A stretch of 32,000 bases of DNA from Candidatus Kuenenia stuttgartensis (GCF_900232105.1 NZ_LT934425.1:1140001-1172000), one strand, 5' to 3'; shown: positions 1 to 10,462, numbered from the stretch's first letter. The notes: generated by a model not told the origin, from the sequence alone. Program-made: numbers and translations.

Positions 1-2
1 TT

Positions 3-971
3 CAAAAAAAGAAAACCTATTATTTAATTGCAGAAAGCAACCTGAATGATACAAAAATAACGCGGATAAAAGAAACCGGCGGTTATGGGATAGATTCCCA
101 GTGGTGCGATGATTTGCACCATTCCCTGCACACACTCCTTACCGGAGAGATCACAGGATATTATTGCGATTTCGGTGAAACGAAACATCTGGTAAAATCT
201 CTCGGAGAAGGGTTTGCTTATTCAGGAGAATACTCTCCATTCAGGAAACGACGTCATGGTAACTCTTCGAAAAATTGTCCGCCATCGCAATTTGTCGTCT
301 TTTCGCAAAATCATGATCAAATAGGCAATCGGATGCTTGGGGAACGGTTATCAACATTGGTTTCGTTCGAGGCGTTAAAACTTGCGGCCGGTGTAATACT
401 TCTTTCCCCTTATATACCGCTTTTGTTCATGGGAGAAGAATATGGCGAAGAAGCGCCTTTTCTCTATTTTGTCAGCCACTCGGATGTTCCTTTAATAGAA
501 GCGGTAAGGCGCGGAAGAAAGCATGAGTTTCATGATTTTCAATGGCAGGGCGAACCGCCTGACCCGCAGGACAGTGAAACCTTTTTAACATCAAAATTAA
601 ACTGGGGAAAAAAGAGACAGGGACATCATAAAGTATTGCTGGATTTTTATAAACATTTAATACATTTGAGGAAAACAATTCCTGCCTTCGCGAATCAGGA
701 TAAGAACAAACTTTCCGTGTACGGCCTTGAGGATGAAAAGGTCGTGTTTTTGCAAAGAGGAGAGGGAGTGGATAACTCTTTTACCGTATTTAATTTTAGC
801 GATAGTGAAGTGTCCGTGAAACTTCCCCTTCAGGAAAATCACTGGAAAAAGCTTGTTGATTCATCAGATGAGATGTGGGACGGTCCCGGCTCATTGTTAA
901 CAGAAAAAACAGGGCAATTTAATCAAATCACTCTGAGAAAACACAGTTTTATTACGTTTATAAAGGAATGA
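3..971 (+). CDS. treZ: Malto-oligosyltrehalose trehalohydrolase, C-terminal part (5' end lies outside the window)
   Basis: Frame open from window start; GH13 motifs 'FSQNHDQIGNRMLGERLS' and 'LLFMGEEYGEEAPFLYFVSH'; downstream treY and malQ. Confidence 0.9.
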   Translation, partial: QKKKTYYLIAESNLNDTKITRIKETGGYGIDSQWCDDLHHSLHTLLTGEITGYYCDFGETKHLVKSLGEGFAYSGEYSPFRKRRHGNSSKNCPPSQFVVFSQNHDQIGNRMLGERLSTLVSFEALKLAAGVILLSPYIPLLFMGEEYGEEAPFLYFVSHSDVPLIEAVRRGRKHEFHDFQWQGEPPDPQDSETFLTSKLNWGKKRQGHHKVLLDFYKHLIHLRKTIPAFANQDKNKLSVYGLEDEKVVFLQRGEGVDNSFTVFNFSDSEVSVKLPLQENHWKKLVDSSDEMWDGPGSLLTEKTGQFNQITLRKHSFITFIKE

Positions 972-978
972 TCTATTT

Positions 979-3408
979 ATGGAAAGATATATTTGTATTC
1001 ACGGCCATTTTTATCAACCGCCAAGAGAAAATCCCTGGCTGGAAGATGTGGAACTTCAGGATTCGGCATATCCCTATCATGACTGGAATGAGAGAATAAC
1101 CGCCGAGTGTTATGCACCGAATGCTGCTTCGAGCATTCTCGACGTTGACGGAAGAATAGTAGATATCGTAAATATATATTCAAAGATAAGCTTTAACTTC
1201 GGCCCTACCCTGCTTTCATGGATGGAAAAGCATAAACCAGGCGTTTACCAGGCAATTCTTGAAGCTGACAAATTGAGCCGTGAACATTTTTCCGGGCATG
1301 GCTCAGCTTTGGCTCAAATATACAACCACATGATCATGCCACTTGCCAATAAAAGAGACAAGTATACGCAGGTTATATGGGGACTAAGGGATTTTCAATC
1401 AAGATTCGGAAGAGATGCGGAAGGCATGTGGCTTCCGGAAACTGCCGTAAATACCAAAACCCTTGAGGTACTGGTGGAACTGGGAATAAAATTCACCATA
1501 CTGGCGCCCCGCCAGGCCCAGAAAATGAAAAGAATGGAGAGCCATGCTTGGAAAGATATGGGAAACGGGGAAATAGACCCTACAACACCCTATCTTTGCA
1601 GACTCCCCTCAGGACGAAGCATTTGCATCTTTTTTTACGACGGGCCTATTTCACAGGACCTCGCATTTGGCGGTTTGCTGGAAAATGGAGAAAATTTCGC
1701 AACTCGATTGCTTTCCGCATTTACCGAAAACAGGGACTGGCCTCAGCTTGTGCATATTGCAACAGATGGCGAAACATACGGACATCACCATTTTAAAGGG
1801 GATATGGCGCTTGCGTACTGCCTATATCATATAGAGTCAAAAAATCTGGCGAAAATTACAAATTATGGGGAGTATCTCGAGAAACATCCGCCAAAATTCG
1901 AGGCGGAAATAAAAGAAAATACTTCATGGAGCTGTATTCACGGAATTGAAAGATGGAAAAATAATTGCGGATGTTGTTCCGGCAGCCATCCAGGCTGGAC
2001 ACAGGAATGGCGCACACCTCTTAGGGCTACTATGAATGCCCTGAGAGACAAACTGGCAGCCATTTATGAAGCAGAAGCCGGCAAATATTTTAAAGACCCA
2101 TGGGTTACGAGGAATGCCTATATTGAAATTATCCTGAACAGAAAGGAAAATGCGGTTCGCAGTTTTATCGAAAAGCAAACAATTACGGCGCCTACAAAAG
2201 AAGAAATAACAAAAATCCTGAAACTCCTTGAAATACAGCGGAATGCCATGCTGATGTACACCAGTTGCGGATGGTTTTTCGATGAGATTTCCGGCATTGA
2301 AACAGTGCAGATTATCAAGTATGCCGCAAGGGCAATTCATCTCGCAGAAGAAATTTCAGACTCCGCCATTGAGACGGAATACCGTGCGCTTTTAAAAAAC
2401 ATAAAGAGCAATGTGCCAAAATACGAAAACGGCGACAGAATATATGAATTATTTGTAATGCCCAGCAAAATAGACCTTTTTCATGTATGCGCCCACTATG
2501 CAATTTCCTCCCTTTTTGAAGATATTCGGGAAAAAGCGCCAAGTTATTGTTATTCTGTAACAACCGAAAAATATGAACAGCGGTACGCGGGGAGAGTAAA
2601 ACTCGCTTTAGGGAAAATGCATATAGTATCAACCATCACATGGGAGGAGGTGGAGACAGTGTTCGCAGCGCTCCATTTAGGCGACCATAATGTAAATGGT
2701 GGCGTAAAATGTTTTACCACTGAACAGGAATTATTACACATGTTTCAGGAGATCGGGAATATTTTTGACAGAGGTGAAATCTCAGAAGTTATAAGACTTA
2801 TGAACAACTATTTTGGCGCCCATAGCTATTCTCTGTGGCATCTGTTTACAGACAGGAAAAGGATGATTTTAGATCAAATCCTGCAATCCACAATGAAGGA
2901 AATAGAAGTTTCATTCAGGATGATTTATAAAAACAATTATTCCTTGCTGAATTTTCTCCATTATCTGCAGACCCCCCCGCCTCGTCCACTTTTTTTAACT
3001 GCAGAATATACGGTAAATAGAGATTTAATAAATATTTTTTCCCTAGAAGAAGAAATGAATCTTGAAAAACTTGAAAACCTCATCAACGAAGCAAAACGCT
3101 GGTCATTTGCCATTGATAAAAATGCCACTGGCTTTGCGGCAAATGTATGGATAAACTCACACATGGAACGGTTACGAAAGAAACCAAGCGATATCAGTCT
3201 TGTTGAGGAAATCGACGCCGTGATAAAACTATTAAACTCTCTCTCCGTAAAGCTGGACCTGTGGGAGGCGCAAAATATTTATTTCCATATCGGAAAAAAC
3301 ATTTATCACACAATGAAAGAAAAGTCATTAACCGAAGACCCTCGTTTTAGAAGATGGGAAGAGGCATTTAAAAAACTGGGATATTATCTTGGGGTGAAGG
3401 TGTCATAG
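979..3408 (+). CDS. Glycoside hydrolase family 57 protein (DUF3536-containing, alpha-amylase/alpha-mannosidase-like)
   Basis: 809 aa; N-terminus 'MERYICIHGHFYQPPRENPWLE', 'GMWLPETAVNTKTLEVLVELGIKFTILAPRQA', 'HIATDGETYGHHH' typical of GH57; starts 7 bp after treZ stop. Confidence 0.87.
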   Translation: MERYICIHGHFYQPPRENPWLEDVELQDSAYPYHDWNERITAECYAPNAASSILDVDGRIVDIVNIYSKISFNFGPTLLSWMEKHKPGVYQAILEADKLSREHFSGHGSALAQIYNHMIMPLANKRDKYTQVIWGLRDFQSRFGRDAEGMWLPETAVNTKTLEVLVELGIKFTILAPRQAQKMKRMESHAWKDMGNGEIDPTTPYLCRLPSGRSICIFFYDGPISQDLAFGGLLENGENFATRLLSAFTENRDWPQLVHIATDGETYGHHHFKGDMALAYCLYHIESKNLAKITNYGEYLEKHPPKFEAEIKENTSWSCIHGIERWKNNCGCCSGSHPGWTQEWRTPLRATMNALRDKLAAIYEAEAGKYFKDPWVTRNAYIEIILNRKENAVRSFIEKQTITAPTKEEITKILKLLEIQRNAMLMYTSCGWFFDEISGIETVQIIKYAARAIHLAEEISDSAIETEYRALLKNIKSNVPKYENGDRIYELFVMPSKIDLFHVCAHYAISSLFEDIREKAPSYCYSVTTEKYEQRYAGRVKLALGKMHIVSTITWEEVETVFAALHLGDHNVNGGVKCFTTEQELLHMFQEIGNIFDRGEISEVIRLMNNYFGAHSYSLWHLFTDRKRMILDQILQSTMKEIEVSFRMIYKNNYSLLNFLHYLQTPPPRPLFLTAEYTVNRDLINIFSLEEEMNLEKLENLINEAKRWSFAIDKNATGFAANVWINSHMERLRKKPSDISLVEEIDAVIKLLNSLSVKLDLWEAQNIYFHIGKNIYHTMKEKSLTEDPRFRRWEEAFKKLGYYLGVKVS

Positions 3409-3414
3409 ATTGTG

Positions 3415-3436
3415 GAGACAACGCATGCGTTGTCTC
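3415..3436. repeat. REP-like palindrome GAGACAACGCATGCGTTGTCTC (copy 1)
   Basis: Perfect 22-nt palindrome; extends to 3411-3440 with one G/T mismatch; identical core at 3777-3798. Confidence 0.9.
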
Positions 3437-3473
3437 TACAATTTGTGTCAAAAGAACATTTTGTAAAAAAATA

Positions 3474-3803
3474 ATGGCTGAAAAATTTCAAAATAAATAC
3501 CGAATACCATCTACCCGGCTACAAAATTGGAATTACGGGTGGGCAGGCGCACATTTTATAACCATTTGCACGGCAAACAGAGAATATTTTTTTGATAAAA
3601 TAAATAATGGCATTCTGCAATTATCTAATGTTGGGGTAATTGCAAATGTATTGTGGTATGAAATTAAAAACCACACAACAAATGTTGAATTGGGGACATT
3701 TATTGTTATGCCCAATCACGTTCATGGTATATTGGTTTTGAATGGAAATAACAACAACACCGACACAACCGTAGTAGAGACAACGCATGCGTTGTCTCTC
3801 TAA
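3474..3803 (+). pseudogene. REP-associated tyrosine transposase (Y1/RAYT-type), 3'-truncated remnant
   Basis: 'YGWAGAHFITICTANREYFFDKI' and the HUH-like 'VMPNHVHGILVL'; only 109 aa, ends inside the second palindrome before any catalytic-Tyr region. Confidence 0.8.
3777..3798. repeat. REP-like palindrome GAGACAACGCATGCGTTGTCTC (copy 2)
   Basis: Identical to 3415-3436; the two copies bracket the truncated Y1 transposase. Confidence 0.9.
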
Positions 3804-3885
3804 AGTGTCACCAAATAGCAAATCGTAATAACAATTCCCGGTTGGGAACGGAAGTGAAATAATTTTTAAAATGTAAACAATCTCT

Positions 3886-5385
3886 ATGTACAAAAGAAGA
3901 AGCGGCATATTACTACATATAACATCACTCCCATCGCCATATGGCATAGGAGATTTTGGGCCATTCGCCTACAAATTCATCGACTTCCTGGCAGAAACGA
4001 AGCAGTGTTTATGGCAAATCCTGCCGTTAAATCCCACATCCCTCCCCTATGGAAACAGCCCCTATAGCAGTTGCTCTGCCTTTGCAGGAAACCCTATCGT
4101 AATAAGCCCGGACATGCTAGTGGAAGATGGACTGCTTGCCAAGCCGGATATTGAAGGCGGCAGACGCTTGCCGAATAATCGGACGGATTACGCAAATACT
4201 ACCGTCTATAAGGAAGGCATTCTTCAAAAGGCATATAAAAATTTTCAAATACAGAAAAAAGAAAAATATGCCTTTCCGTTATTCTGCGAACAGAACGCTC
4301 ATTGGCTGGATGATTACACACTATTTATTGCCCTTAAAGAATATTTTCAGGGAAAAGTATGGAGCGACTGGCCTGCGGAAATAAAGCACAGAAAACCTGA
4401 CGCAATGGTTGAATGGAGAGAAAAATTAAAAGAACGAACGGAAAAAGAAAGGTTTATCCAGTACATATTCTTTAAGCAATGGCACAAGCTCAAAGAGTAC
4501 TGCAATAAAAAAAACATACAAATAATCGGAGATATTCCTATTTATGTTACGTATGACAGCGCTGATGTCTGGTCGCATCCGGAATTATTTAAATTAGATG
4601 AAAACAAACAACCATCATTCGTTGCGGGGGTGCCGCCGGATTATTTCAGTGAAACAGGACAAAAATGGGGAAACCCTATTTATACGTGGGATTTTCATAA
4701 AGAAACGGAGTTTTTGTGGTGGATCAAACGTATAGAACACAACATGAAGCTCTTTGATATTGTCCGATTAGACCATTTCAGGGGTTTCGTTGCGTATTGG
4801 GAGATCCCTGCGCACGAAGAAACGGCTATTAATGGCACATGGGTTGAAGCTCCTGTTGAAGACTTTTTTACCACCATTTTTAAACACTTTCCTAATTTAC
4901 CCCTTATTGCAGAGGACCTCGGCACCATAACACCGGAAGTAAAACTCGTTATGCAAATGTTTCAATTTCCCGGTATGAAACTTCTCCTGTTTGCCTTTGG
5001 CGATGATGTAGCAAAAAATCCTTATGTACCACATAATTATGAGAAAAACTGCGTGGTATATACCGGAACACATGACAACAATACCATAAAAGGGTGGTTT
5101 AAAAATGAGACAAACGAAGAAACACGAAAAAAACTTTTCAAATATCTTGGAAGAGATGTTTCCGAAACAAATGTGTGTCGGGAATTAATACGACTAGCAA
5201 TGATGTCCGTTGCAAACACGGCGATCATTCCTATGCAGGACATCCTTGAACTTGACGAAGAAGCCAGGATGAATTTACCGGCAACCACTGAAAATAACTG
5301 GGCATGGAGACTGCTTTCCGAACAGCTCACGCCATCCGTAACGAATGCACTTAGAGAAATTACCGGAATTTACGGTAGGAGCTGA
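3886..5385 (+). CDS. malQ: 4-alpha-glucanotransferase (amylomaltase)
   Basis: 'RRSGILLHITSLPSPYGIGDFGP', 'QCLWQILPLNPT', 'IIGDIPIYVTYDSADVW', 'IAEDLGTITPEV', 'YTGTHDNNTIKGW'. Confidence 0.95.
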   Translation: MYKRRSGILLHITSLPSPYGIGDFGPFAYKFIDFLAETKQCLWQILPLNPTSLPYGNSPYSSCSAFAGNPIVISPDMLVEDGLLAKPDIEGGRRLPNNRTDYANTTVYKEGILQKAYKNFQIQKKEKYAFPLFCEQNAHWLDDYTLFIALKEYFQGKVWSDWPAEIKHRKPDAMVEWREKLKERTEKERFIQYIFFKQWHKLKEYCNKKNIQIIGDIPIYVTYDSADVWSHPELFKLDENKQPSFVAGVPPDYFSETGQKWGNPIYTWDFHKETEFLWWIKRIEHNMKLFDIVRLDHFRGFVAYWEIPAHEETAINGTWVEAPVEDFFTTIFKHFPNLPLIAEDLGTITPEVKLVMQMFQFPGMKLLLFAFGDDVAKNPYVPHNYEKNCVVYTGTHDNNTIKGWFKNETNEETRKKLFKYLGRDVSETNVCRELIRLAMMSVANTAIIPMQDILELDEEARMNLPATTENNWAWRLLSEQLTPSVTNALREITGIYGRS

Positions 5386-5386
5386 T

Positions 5387-8300
5387 ATGATACAAGCACA
5401 CTTTCGCACCCCACGCATACCTATTGCCACCTACAGATTACAACTCAATAAACATTTTACCTTCCATGACGCAAAAGAAATAGTCGCCTATCTGCATGCT
5501 TTGGGCATAAGCGATATATATTGTTCTCCTTACCTGAAGGCCAGGGAGGGCAGCCTTCACGGGTATGACATCGTTGACAACCATTCATTGAATCCTGAAA
5601 TCGGCACAGAACAGGAAATGGATGAATTATCCCGCGAGCTTGAGCATTATGGAATGGGGCACATATTTGATCTGGTGCCAAACCATATGGGTATTGCCGA
5701 TAAAGAAAATGCATGGTGGATGGATGTGCTGGAAAACGGGATGAGTTCCTGTTATGCGAATTTTTTCGATATAGACTGGGATCCTATAAAGGATGAATTA
5801 AAAAATAAAATACTCCTTCCCGTCCTGGGAGATCAATACGGCAACGTCCTTGATAATCAGGAATTAACCCTGACGTTTGAAAACGGCTCTTTTTTTATAC
5901 TTTACTACCATCACAAATTCCCCATACGACCACAAACATATCCGGAGATTTTAAAATACCGACTGGAGGAATTAGAAAAAACCTTACCGGAGGAAAACCT
6001 TCATCTGACGGAGTTTTTAAGCATTTTAACCGCTATTGACCATCTTCCCGCATACACGGAAACAGCAGAAGAAAAAATCAGGGAACGACGACGCGAAAAA
6101 GAGGTGATTAAAAAACGACTCCACACCCTTTACAACGAAAGCACGGAGATCCGAAATTTTATCGATAAAAATGTGCTGCTGTTTAACGGACAAAAAGGAG
6201 GCACGGAAAGCTTCGATCTCCTCGACAATCTGCTGGATAAACAGGTGTACCGGCTTTCCCACTGGCGAGTCGCCACCGAGGAGATTAATTACCGGCGGTT
6301 TTTTGATATAAGCGAACTCGCAGCAACCAGGGTAGAAGAGCCAGACGTCTTTCGGGAAACCCACGAACTTGTGTTTCGCCTCATCCGGCAAGGTAAAGTA
6401 ACAGGGCTGCGGGTAGATCATCCCGATGGATTATACTGTCCGCCTGAATATTTTAAAGAATTACAAAAGAACTGCTATCTCCTTACTTTTGGTGGAAACG
6501 GGAAAAATTCAAAAAATAATCGCGCATCAGAGGATGAACAATCAGAGGAAAGGGCGGCGCTGACAAAGCAATACCATGAGATACTTGCAAGGGAACCGCA
6601 CTATAAACCATTCTATATTGTGGGAGAAAAAATACTGGGAAGGTCAGAAAGGATACCGGAAGACTGGCCGATTTTTGGCACAACAGGATACGACTTTATT
6701 GCCACGGTGAACGGCATATTTGTTGAAACAAAGAATGCAAAGGAATTTGACAAAATATACTCCAGGTTTATTAAAGAGACGATACACTTTCATGAGATTG
6801 TCTATGAAAAAAAGAGGCTCATTATGCAAGTGGCAATGTCTAGCGAAATCAACACACTGGGGCACTATCTGAACCGTATCTCTGAAAAAAACAGGCATAC
6901 CAGAGATTTTACGCTCAATAGCCTGACCTACGCAATTATTGAAGTAATCGCATGTTTTCCCGTATACCGGACATACATTCATTCCTCAGAGGTAAACGAA
7001 CCGGATAAACGTTATATTGAACATGCTGTTTCTAAAGCAAGGCAAAAAAATCCCGCCCTTAATGAATCGATTTTTTTCTTCCTTAAAGACGTGCTTCTCA
7101 ACAATTATCCCGGATATTTTAACGAGGAAGGCAAAAAAGCATGGCTTAATTTTACCATGAAATTTCAACAAATTACGGGCCCGGTTATGGCAAAAGGGGT
7201 AGAGGATACTGTTTTTTATGTATACAACCGCCTCATTTCACTGAACGAAGTTGGCGGCAGTCCCGATTGGTTTGGGACTTCAATCGAAGCCTTTCACGGA
7301 CAAAATACGGAAAGGGCAAAATCATGGCAACATTCCATGTTAGCCACTTCCACACATGATACCAAACGAAGCGAAGACGTCAGGGCGCGCATCAACGTCC
7401 TCTCCGAAATACCGGCAAAATGGAGAGAATGTCTGATAAAATGGAGCAGAAACAATAAAAAACACAAATATCTTGCAGGAGACCTAGCCGCCCCTAGCAA
7501 AAATGAAGAGTATTTATTTTATCAAACACTTATTGGCGCCTGGCCTTTTGAACCAATGGACGATTCAGGGTATGAAATCTTCAAAAACAGGATTAAGGAA
7601 TACATGCTCAAAGCGTCACGCGAGGCAAAGGAAAATACGAGCTGGATAAACCCAAATACGGTATATGAAGAGGCATTAATGCACTTCATTGACAACGTAA
7701 TGAACAGGAAGCAAAATAATGCTTTTTTGCATGATTTTAAAAAGTTTCAGGAAGAGATTTCTCATTACGGCATATATAATTCGATCGCACAGACGTTGCT
7801 TAAGATAACTTCTCCCGGAGTCCCGGATATTTATCAGGGGAATGAAATATGGAGTTTTTGCCTCGTGGACCCTGACAACCGCATGCCCGTTGATTATGGC
7901 CTGCGAATGAGCATGTTGGAAGAATTAAAAGAGCAGGAAACAAGCGGCGGAATACAGGCCCTTATTACAAATATGATGAGAAACAGGGAAAAGGGCTTGA
8001 TAAAACTGTATGTTACCCACAAGGCGCTTACCTTCCGGAAAGAGAACAGAGAACTGTTTGAAACCGGGAATTATACGCCCCTTGAGGCTGCGGGAACAAA
8101 AGAAAATAATGTATGTGCATATGCAAGAAACAGCAACACCAAAACCGCGATTGTCGTCGCACCCCGGTTCATGACGCAAATTCTTTCCCATCCGGAAGAA
8201 TTGCCCTTTGGAAAGGACGTGTGGGAGGATACCTTTCTTTCCCTCCCTTTTGAAGATAACGCAGCAGGATACCAAAACATTTTTACAGGAGAGGTTGCTA

Positions 8301-8389
8301 AGACAACTATTCATAATAATGCAAAAGGCATATTCCTTTCAGAAATATTTACCACCTTTCCGGTGGCCCTGATGGAAAGAATTTGTTAA
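5387..8389 (+). CDS. treY: Malto-oligosyltrehalose synthase
   Basis: 'PRIPIATYRLQLNKHFTFHDAKEIVAYLHALGISDIYCSPYLKAREGSLHGYDIVDNHSLNPEIG', 'THDTKRSEDVRARINVLSEIP', 'GVPDIYQGNE'. Start placed at the ATG 1 nt after the malQ stop rather than 5345. Confidence 0.95.
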   Translation: MIQAHFRTPRIPIATYRLQLNKHFTFHDAKEIVAYLHALGISDIYCSPYLKAREGSLHGYDIVDNHSLNPEIGTEQEMDELSRELEHYGMGHIFDLVPNHMGIADKENAWWMDVLENGMSSCYANFFDIDWDPIKDELKNKILLPVLGDQYGNVLDNQELTLTFENGSFFILYYHHKFPIRPQTYPEILKYRLEELEKTLPEENLHLTEFLSILTAIDHLPAYTETAEEKIRERRREKEVIKKRLHTLYNESTEIRNFIDKNVLLFNGQKGGTESFDLLDNLLDKQVYRLSHWRVATEEINYRRFFDISELAATRVEEPDVFRETHELVFRLIRQGKVTGLRVDHPDGLYCPPEYFKELQKNCYLLTFGGNGKNSKNNRASEDEQSEERAALTKQYHEILAREPHYKPFYIVGEKILGRSERIPEDWPIFGTTGYDFIATVNGIFVETKNAKEFDKIYSRFIKETIHFHEIVYEKKRLIMQVAMSSEINTLGHYLNRISEKNRHTRDFTLNSLTYAIIEVIACFPVYRTYIHSSEVNEPDKRYIEHAVSKARQKNPALNESIFFFLKDVLLNNYPGYFNEEGKKAWLNFTMKFQQITGPVMAKGVEDTVFYVYNRLISLNEVGGSPDWFGTSIEAFHGQNTERAKSWQHSMLATSTHDTKRSEDVRARINVLSEIPAKWRECLIKWSRNNKKHKYLAGDLAAPSKNEEYLFYQTLIGAWPFEPMDDSGYEIFKNRIKEYMLKASREAKENTSWINPNTVYEEALMHFIDNVMNRKQNNAFLHDFKKFQEEISHYGIYNSIAQTLLKITSPGVPDIYQGNEIWSFCLVDPDNRMPVDYGLRMSMLEELKEQETSGGIQALITNMMRNREKGLIKLYVTHKALTFRKENRELFETGNYTPLEAAGTKENNVCAYARNSNTKTAIVVAPRFMTQILSHPEELPFGKDVWEDTFLSLPFEDNAAGYQNIFTGEVAKTTIHNNAKGIFLSEIFTTFPVALMERIC

Positions 8390-8492
8390 AATCTCATTCT
8401 ACAATAATTGGCTACTTTGTGATAAGCGGAGCATTTGCTATAAACGGTTGCTGCTCGTTCCTCAGTTGAAATATCTAAGCCTATTAAATTCA

Positions 8493-8521
8493 TGTAGTGC
8501 GACGAACCTCGTCGCACTACA
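8493..8521. repeat. Perfect 13-bp-stem palindrome TGTAGTGCGACGA-ACC-TCGTCGCACTACA
   Basis: Inverted repeat read directly; in treY-hisB intergenic region; REP-like. Confidence 0.85.
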
Positions 8522-8678
8522 AAGGACAATTTTCCGTTTCAAAAGACTAAAGTGTTACCCGTTTTTTAGTACCATTTTCACTCGTTGCCAAACAGTTAAA
8601 TTTGTTGCCTTTGGCAGTCTGATTTCATTATCTTATATTATCTTATTACAACATCCTCAACATATAAACACATCTTAT

Positions 8679-9269
8679 ATGAAAAAAAGAATTGCAAAAA
8701 TCGAAAGAAAGACCAAAGAAACACAAATTGAGTTGGTTTTGAATATTGACGGAGAAGGAATATGCAACGTTAGTACAGGGATTGGTTTCCTGGACCACAT
8801 GCTCGAATTATTAACCAAACATGCCTTATTTAATCTGGATATTACCGCACATGGTGATATTCAGGTAGATGGCCACCACACGGTTGAAGATATTGGGATA
8901 TGCCTTGGCCTGGGAATAAAGGAGGCATTGGGCGACAAAAAAGGAATCCGGCGTTTTTCAAACGCCAGTATCCCCATGCAGGAAACGCTGGCAAATGTAG
9001 CCATAGACATAAGCGGAAGGTCTGCACTGGTATTTAATGCAAACTTTCATAATGAAAAGATTGGCAATTTTGATGTAGAACTTATTCGGGAATTTCTTGA
9101 AGCATTCACAACGAATGCAGGCGTTAATTTACACATAAATATTTCTTACGGTACAAATTCCCACCATATGGCTGAGGCGGTGTTCAAAGGCATGGCAAAG
9201 GTATTGTGCGAAGCCGTCCGCCTTGATGAACGCATAACCGGCATACCTTCAACGAAAGGAGTACTTTAA
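8679..9269 (+). CDS. hisB: Imidazoleglycerol-phosphate dehydratase
   Basis: 'IERKTKETQIELVLNIDGEG', 'TGIGFLDHMLELLTKHALFNLDITAHGDIQVDGHHTVEDIGICLG', 'SHHMAEAVFKGMAKVL'. Start chosen at MKKRIAKIE. Confidence 0.95.
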   Translation: MKKRIAKIERKTKETQIELVLNIDGEGICNVSTGIGFLDHMLELLTKHALFNLDITAHGDIQVDGHHTVEDIGICLGLGIKEALGDKKGIRRFSNASIPMQETLANVAIDISGRSALVFNANFHNEKIGNFDVELIREFLEAFTTNAGVNLHINISYGTNSHHMAEAVFKGMAKVLCEAVRLDERITGIPSTKGVL

Positions 9270-10462
9270 TGTTACATGGCCGTTCTTTTCTGTTTTTTTC
9301 AAAACCTGAATGCAGCTTCGCAAGAAAAGTCATTTCCTATGTTATTTACATAGCATTCCTTTTCATTATAATCTTCCTGCCAAACACACCTGCATCATTT
9401 TGCTCGGAACTTGCGGATAGTCCATGGCCTATGTTTCGGCACAATTTACAACGTACCGGATTAAGTCCTTATAAAAGCATTCAAAATCCGGTGATAAAAT
9501 GGACATTTCAAACAGAAGGAGCTGTGACCTCTTCACCATGCATTGGAAATGACGGCGTTATTTACTTTGGCTCTAAGGATAAAAAACTTTACGCTGTATC
9601 CAGGGACGGCAAACTAAAGTGGACATTTCAAACACAGGGAGAGGTTGAATCTTCCCCCGCAGTAAGAAAGGACGGAACAATTCTGTTCGGGTCATGGGAT
9701 GGCAACCTTTATGCTTTAAATGCCGACGGGAGTTTATTGTGGAAATATGCAGCCGAAGGAGGGATTATTTCGTCTCCGGCAATAGCGCCGGATGGAACAA
9801 TTTATTTTGGATGCTGGGATAAAAAATTACATGCAATTACTTCAGACGGAAAATTAAAATGGACTCAGCGAACCGCGGACCACATAGTTTCATCTCCGGC
9901 AATAGCACCGGATGGTACGGTATGCTTCGGCTCTGAGGATTACTTTTTATTTTCCATGACGTCTGAAGGAAAGGCATCATGGAGTTTCGGAACACGGTAT
10001 ATTCTGGATGCATCCCCCTTAATCAGACAAAATGGTGATATCTGCGTAGGGTCAGAAGATGCAAAGTTTTATGTTTTTCAACCCGATGGTCAAGCAAAAT
10101 GGACATACAATACCTTATATGATATTGATTCATCCGCTGCAATCGATACGGAAGGAAACCTTTACGTTGGTTCAGGGGATAATAATCTCTATGCATTTAC
10201 CCCCGATGGAAAGTTGAAATGGACATATGCGGCAAGAGGCTCAATTCGTTCTTCACCAGCGGTTACATCAGACAATGTTATATATTTCGCATCGGGAGAT
10301 AAAAAAGTTTACGCATTGGACCAAAACAGCAATTTGAAATGGTCTATCACTACCGGAGATGCGGTCGAATCATCGCCCTGCATTGACAAAGACGGCACAG
10401 TATATATCGGTTCCAATGATGGAAAGCTCTATGCTATAGGTGAAAAAAACGCCAGTAACTAA
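9269..10462 (+). CDS. Exported PQQ-like/WD-type beta-propeller repeat protein
   Basis: N-terminal hydrophobic signal segment followed by repeated 'SSPAIAPDGTIYFGCWDKKLHAITSDGKLKW' units of about 40 aa; overlaps hisB stop (TAATG). Confidence 0.85.
   Translation: MLHGRSFLFFSKPECSFARKVISYVIYIAFLFIIIFLPNTPASFCSELADSPWPMFRHNLQRTGLSPYKSIQNPVIKWTFQTEGAVTSSPCIGNDGVIYFGSKDKKLYAVSRDGKLKWTFQTQGEVESSPAVRKDGTILFGSWDGNLYALNADGSLLWKYAAEGGIISSPAIAPDGTIYFGCWDKKLHAITSDGKLKWTQRTADHIVSSPAIAPDGTVCFGSEDYFLFSMTSEGKASWSFGTRYILDASPLIRQNGDICVGSEDAKFYVFQPDGQAKWTYNTLYDIDSSAAIDTEGNLYVGSGDNNLYAFTPDGKLKWTYAARGSIRSSPAVTSDNVIYFASGDKKVYALDQNSNLKWSITTGDAVESSPCIDKDGTVYIGSNDGKLYAIGEKNASN

Noticed and set aside
1924-2632. Minus-strand ORFs (1924-2340, 2315-2632) inside the GH57 gene, and similar antisense ORFs in treY (6026-6421, 7925-8314)
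   Set aside because: Fully overlapped by strongly supported genes on the plus strand, with no recognisable domains.
5345-5386. Upstream start for treY overlapping malQ
   Set aside because: The ATG at 5387, immediately after the malQ stop, fits the usual TreY N-terminus; the 14 upstream codons overlap malQ out of frame.
9450-10460. DNA-level tandem repeats in 9450-10460
   Set aside because: Period of about 120 bp reflects the beta-propeller blade repeats in the encoded PQQ-like protein, not an intergenic repeat array.
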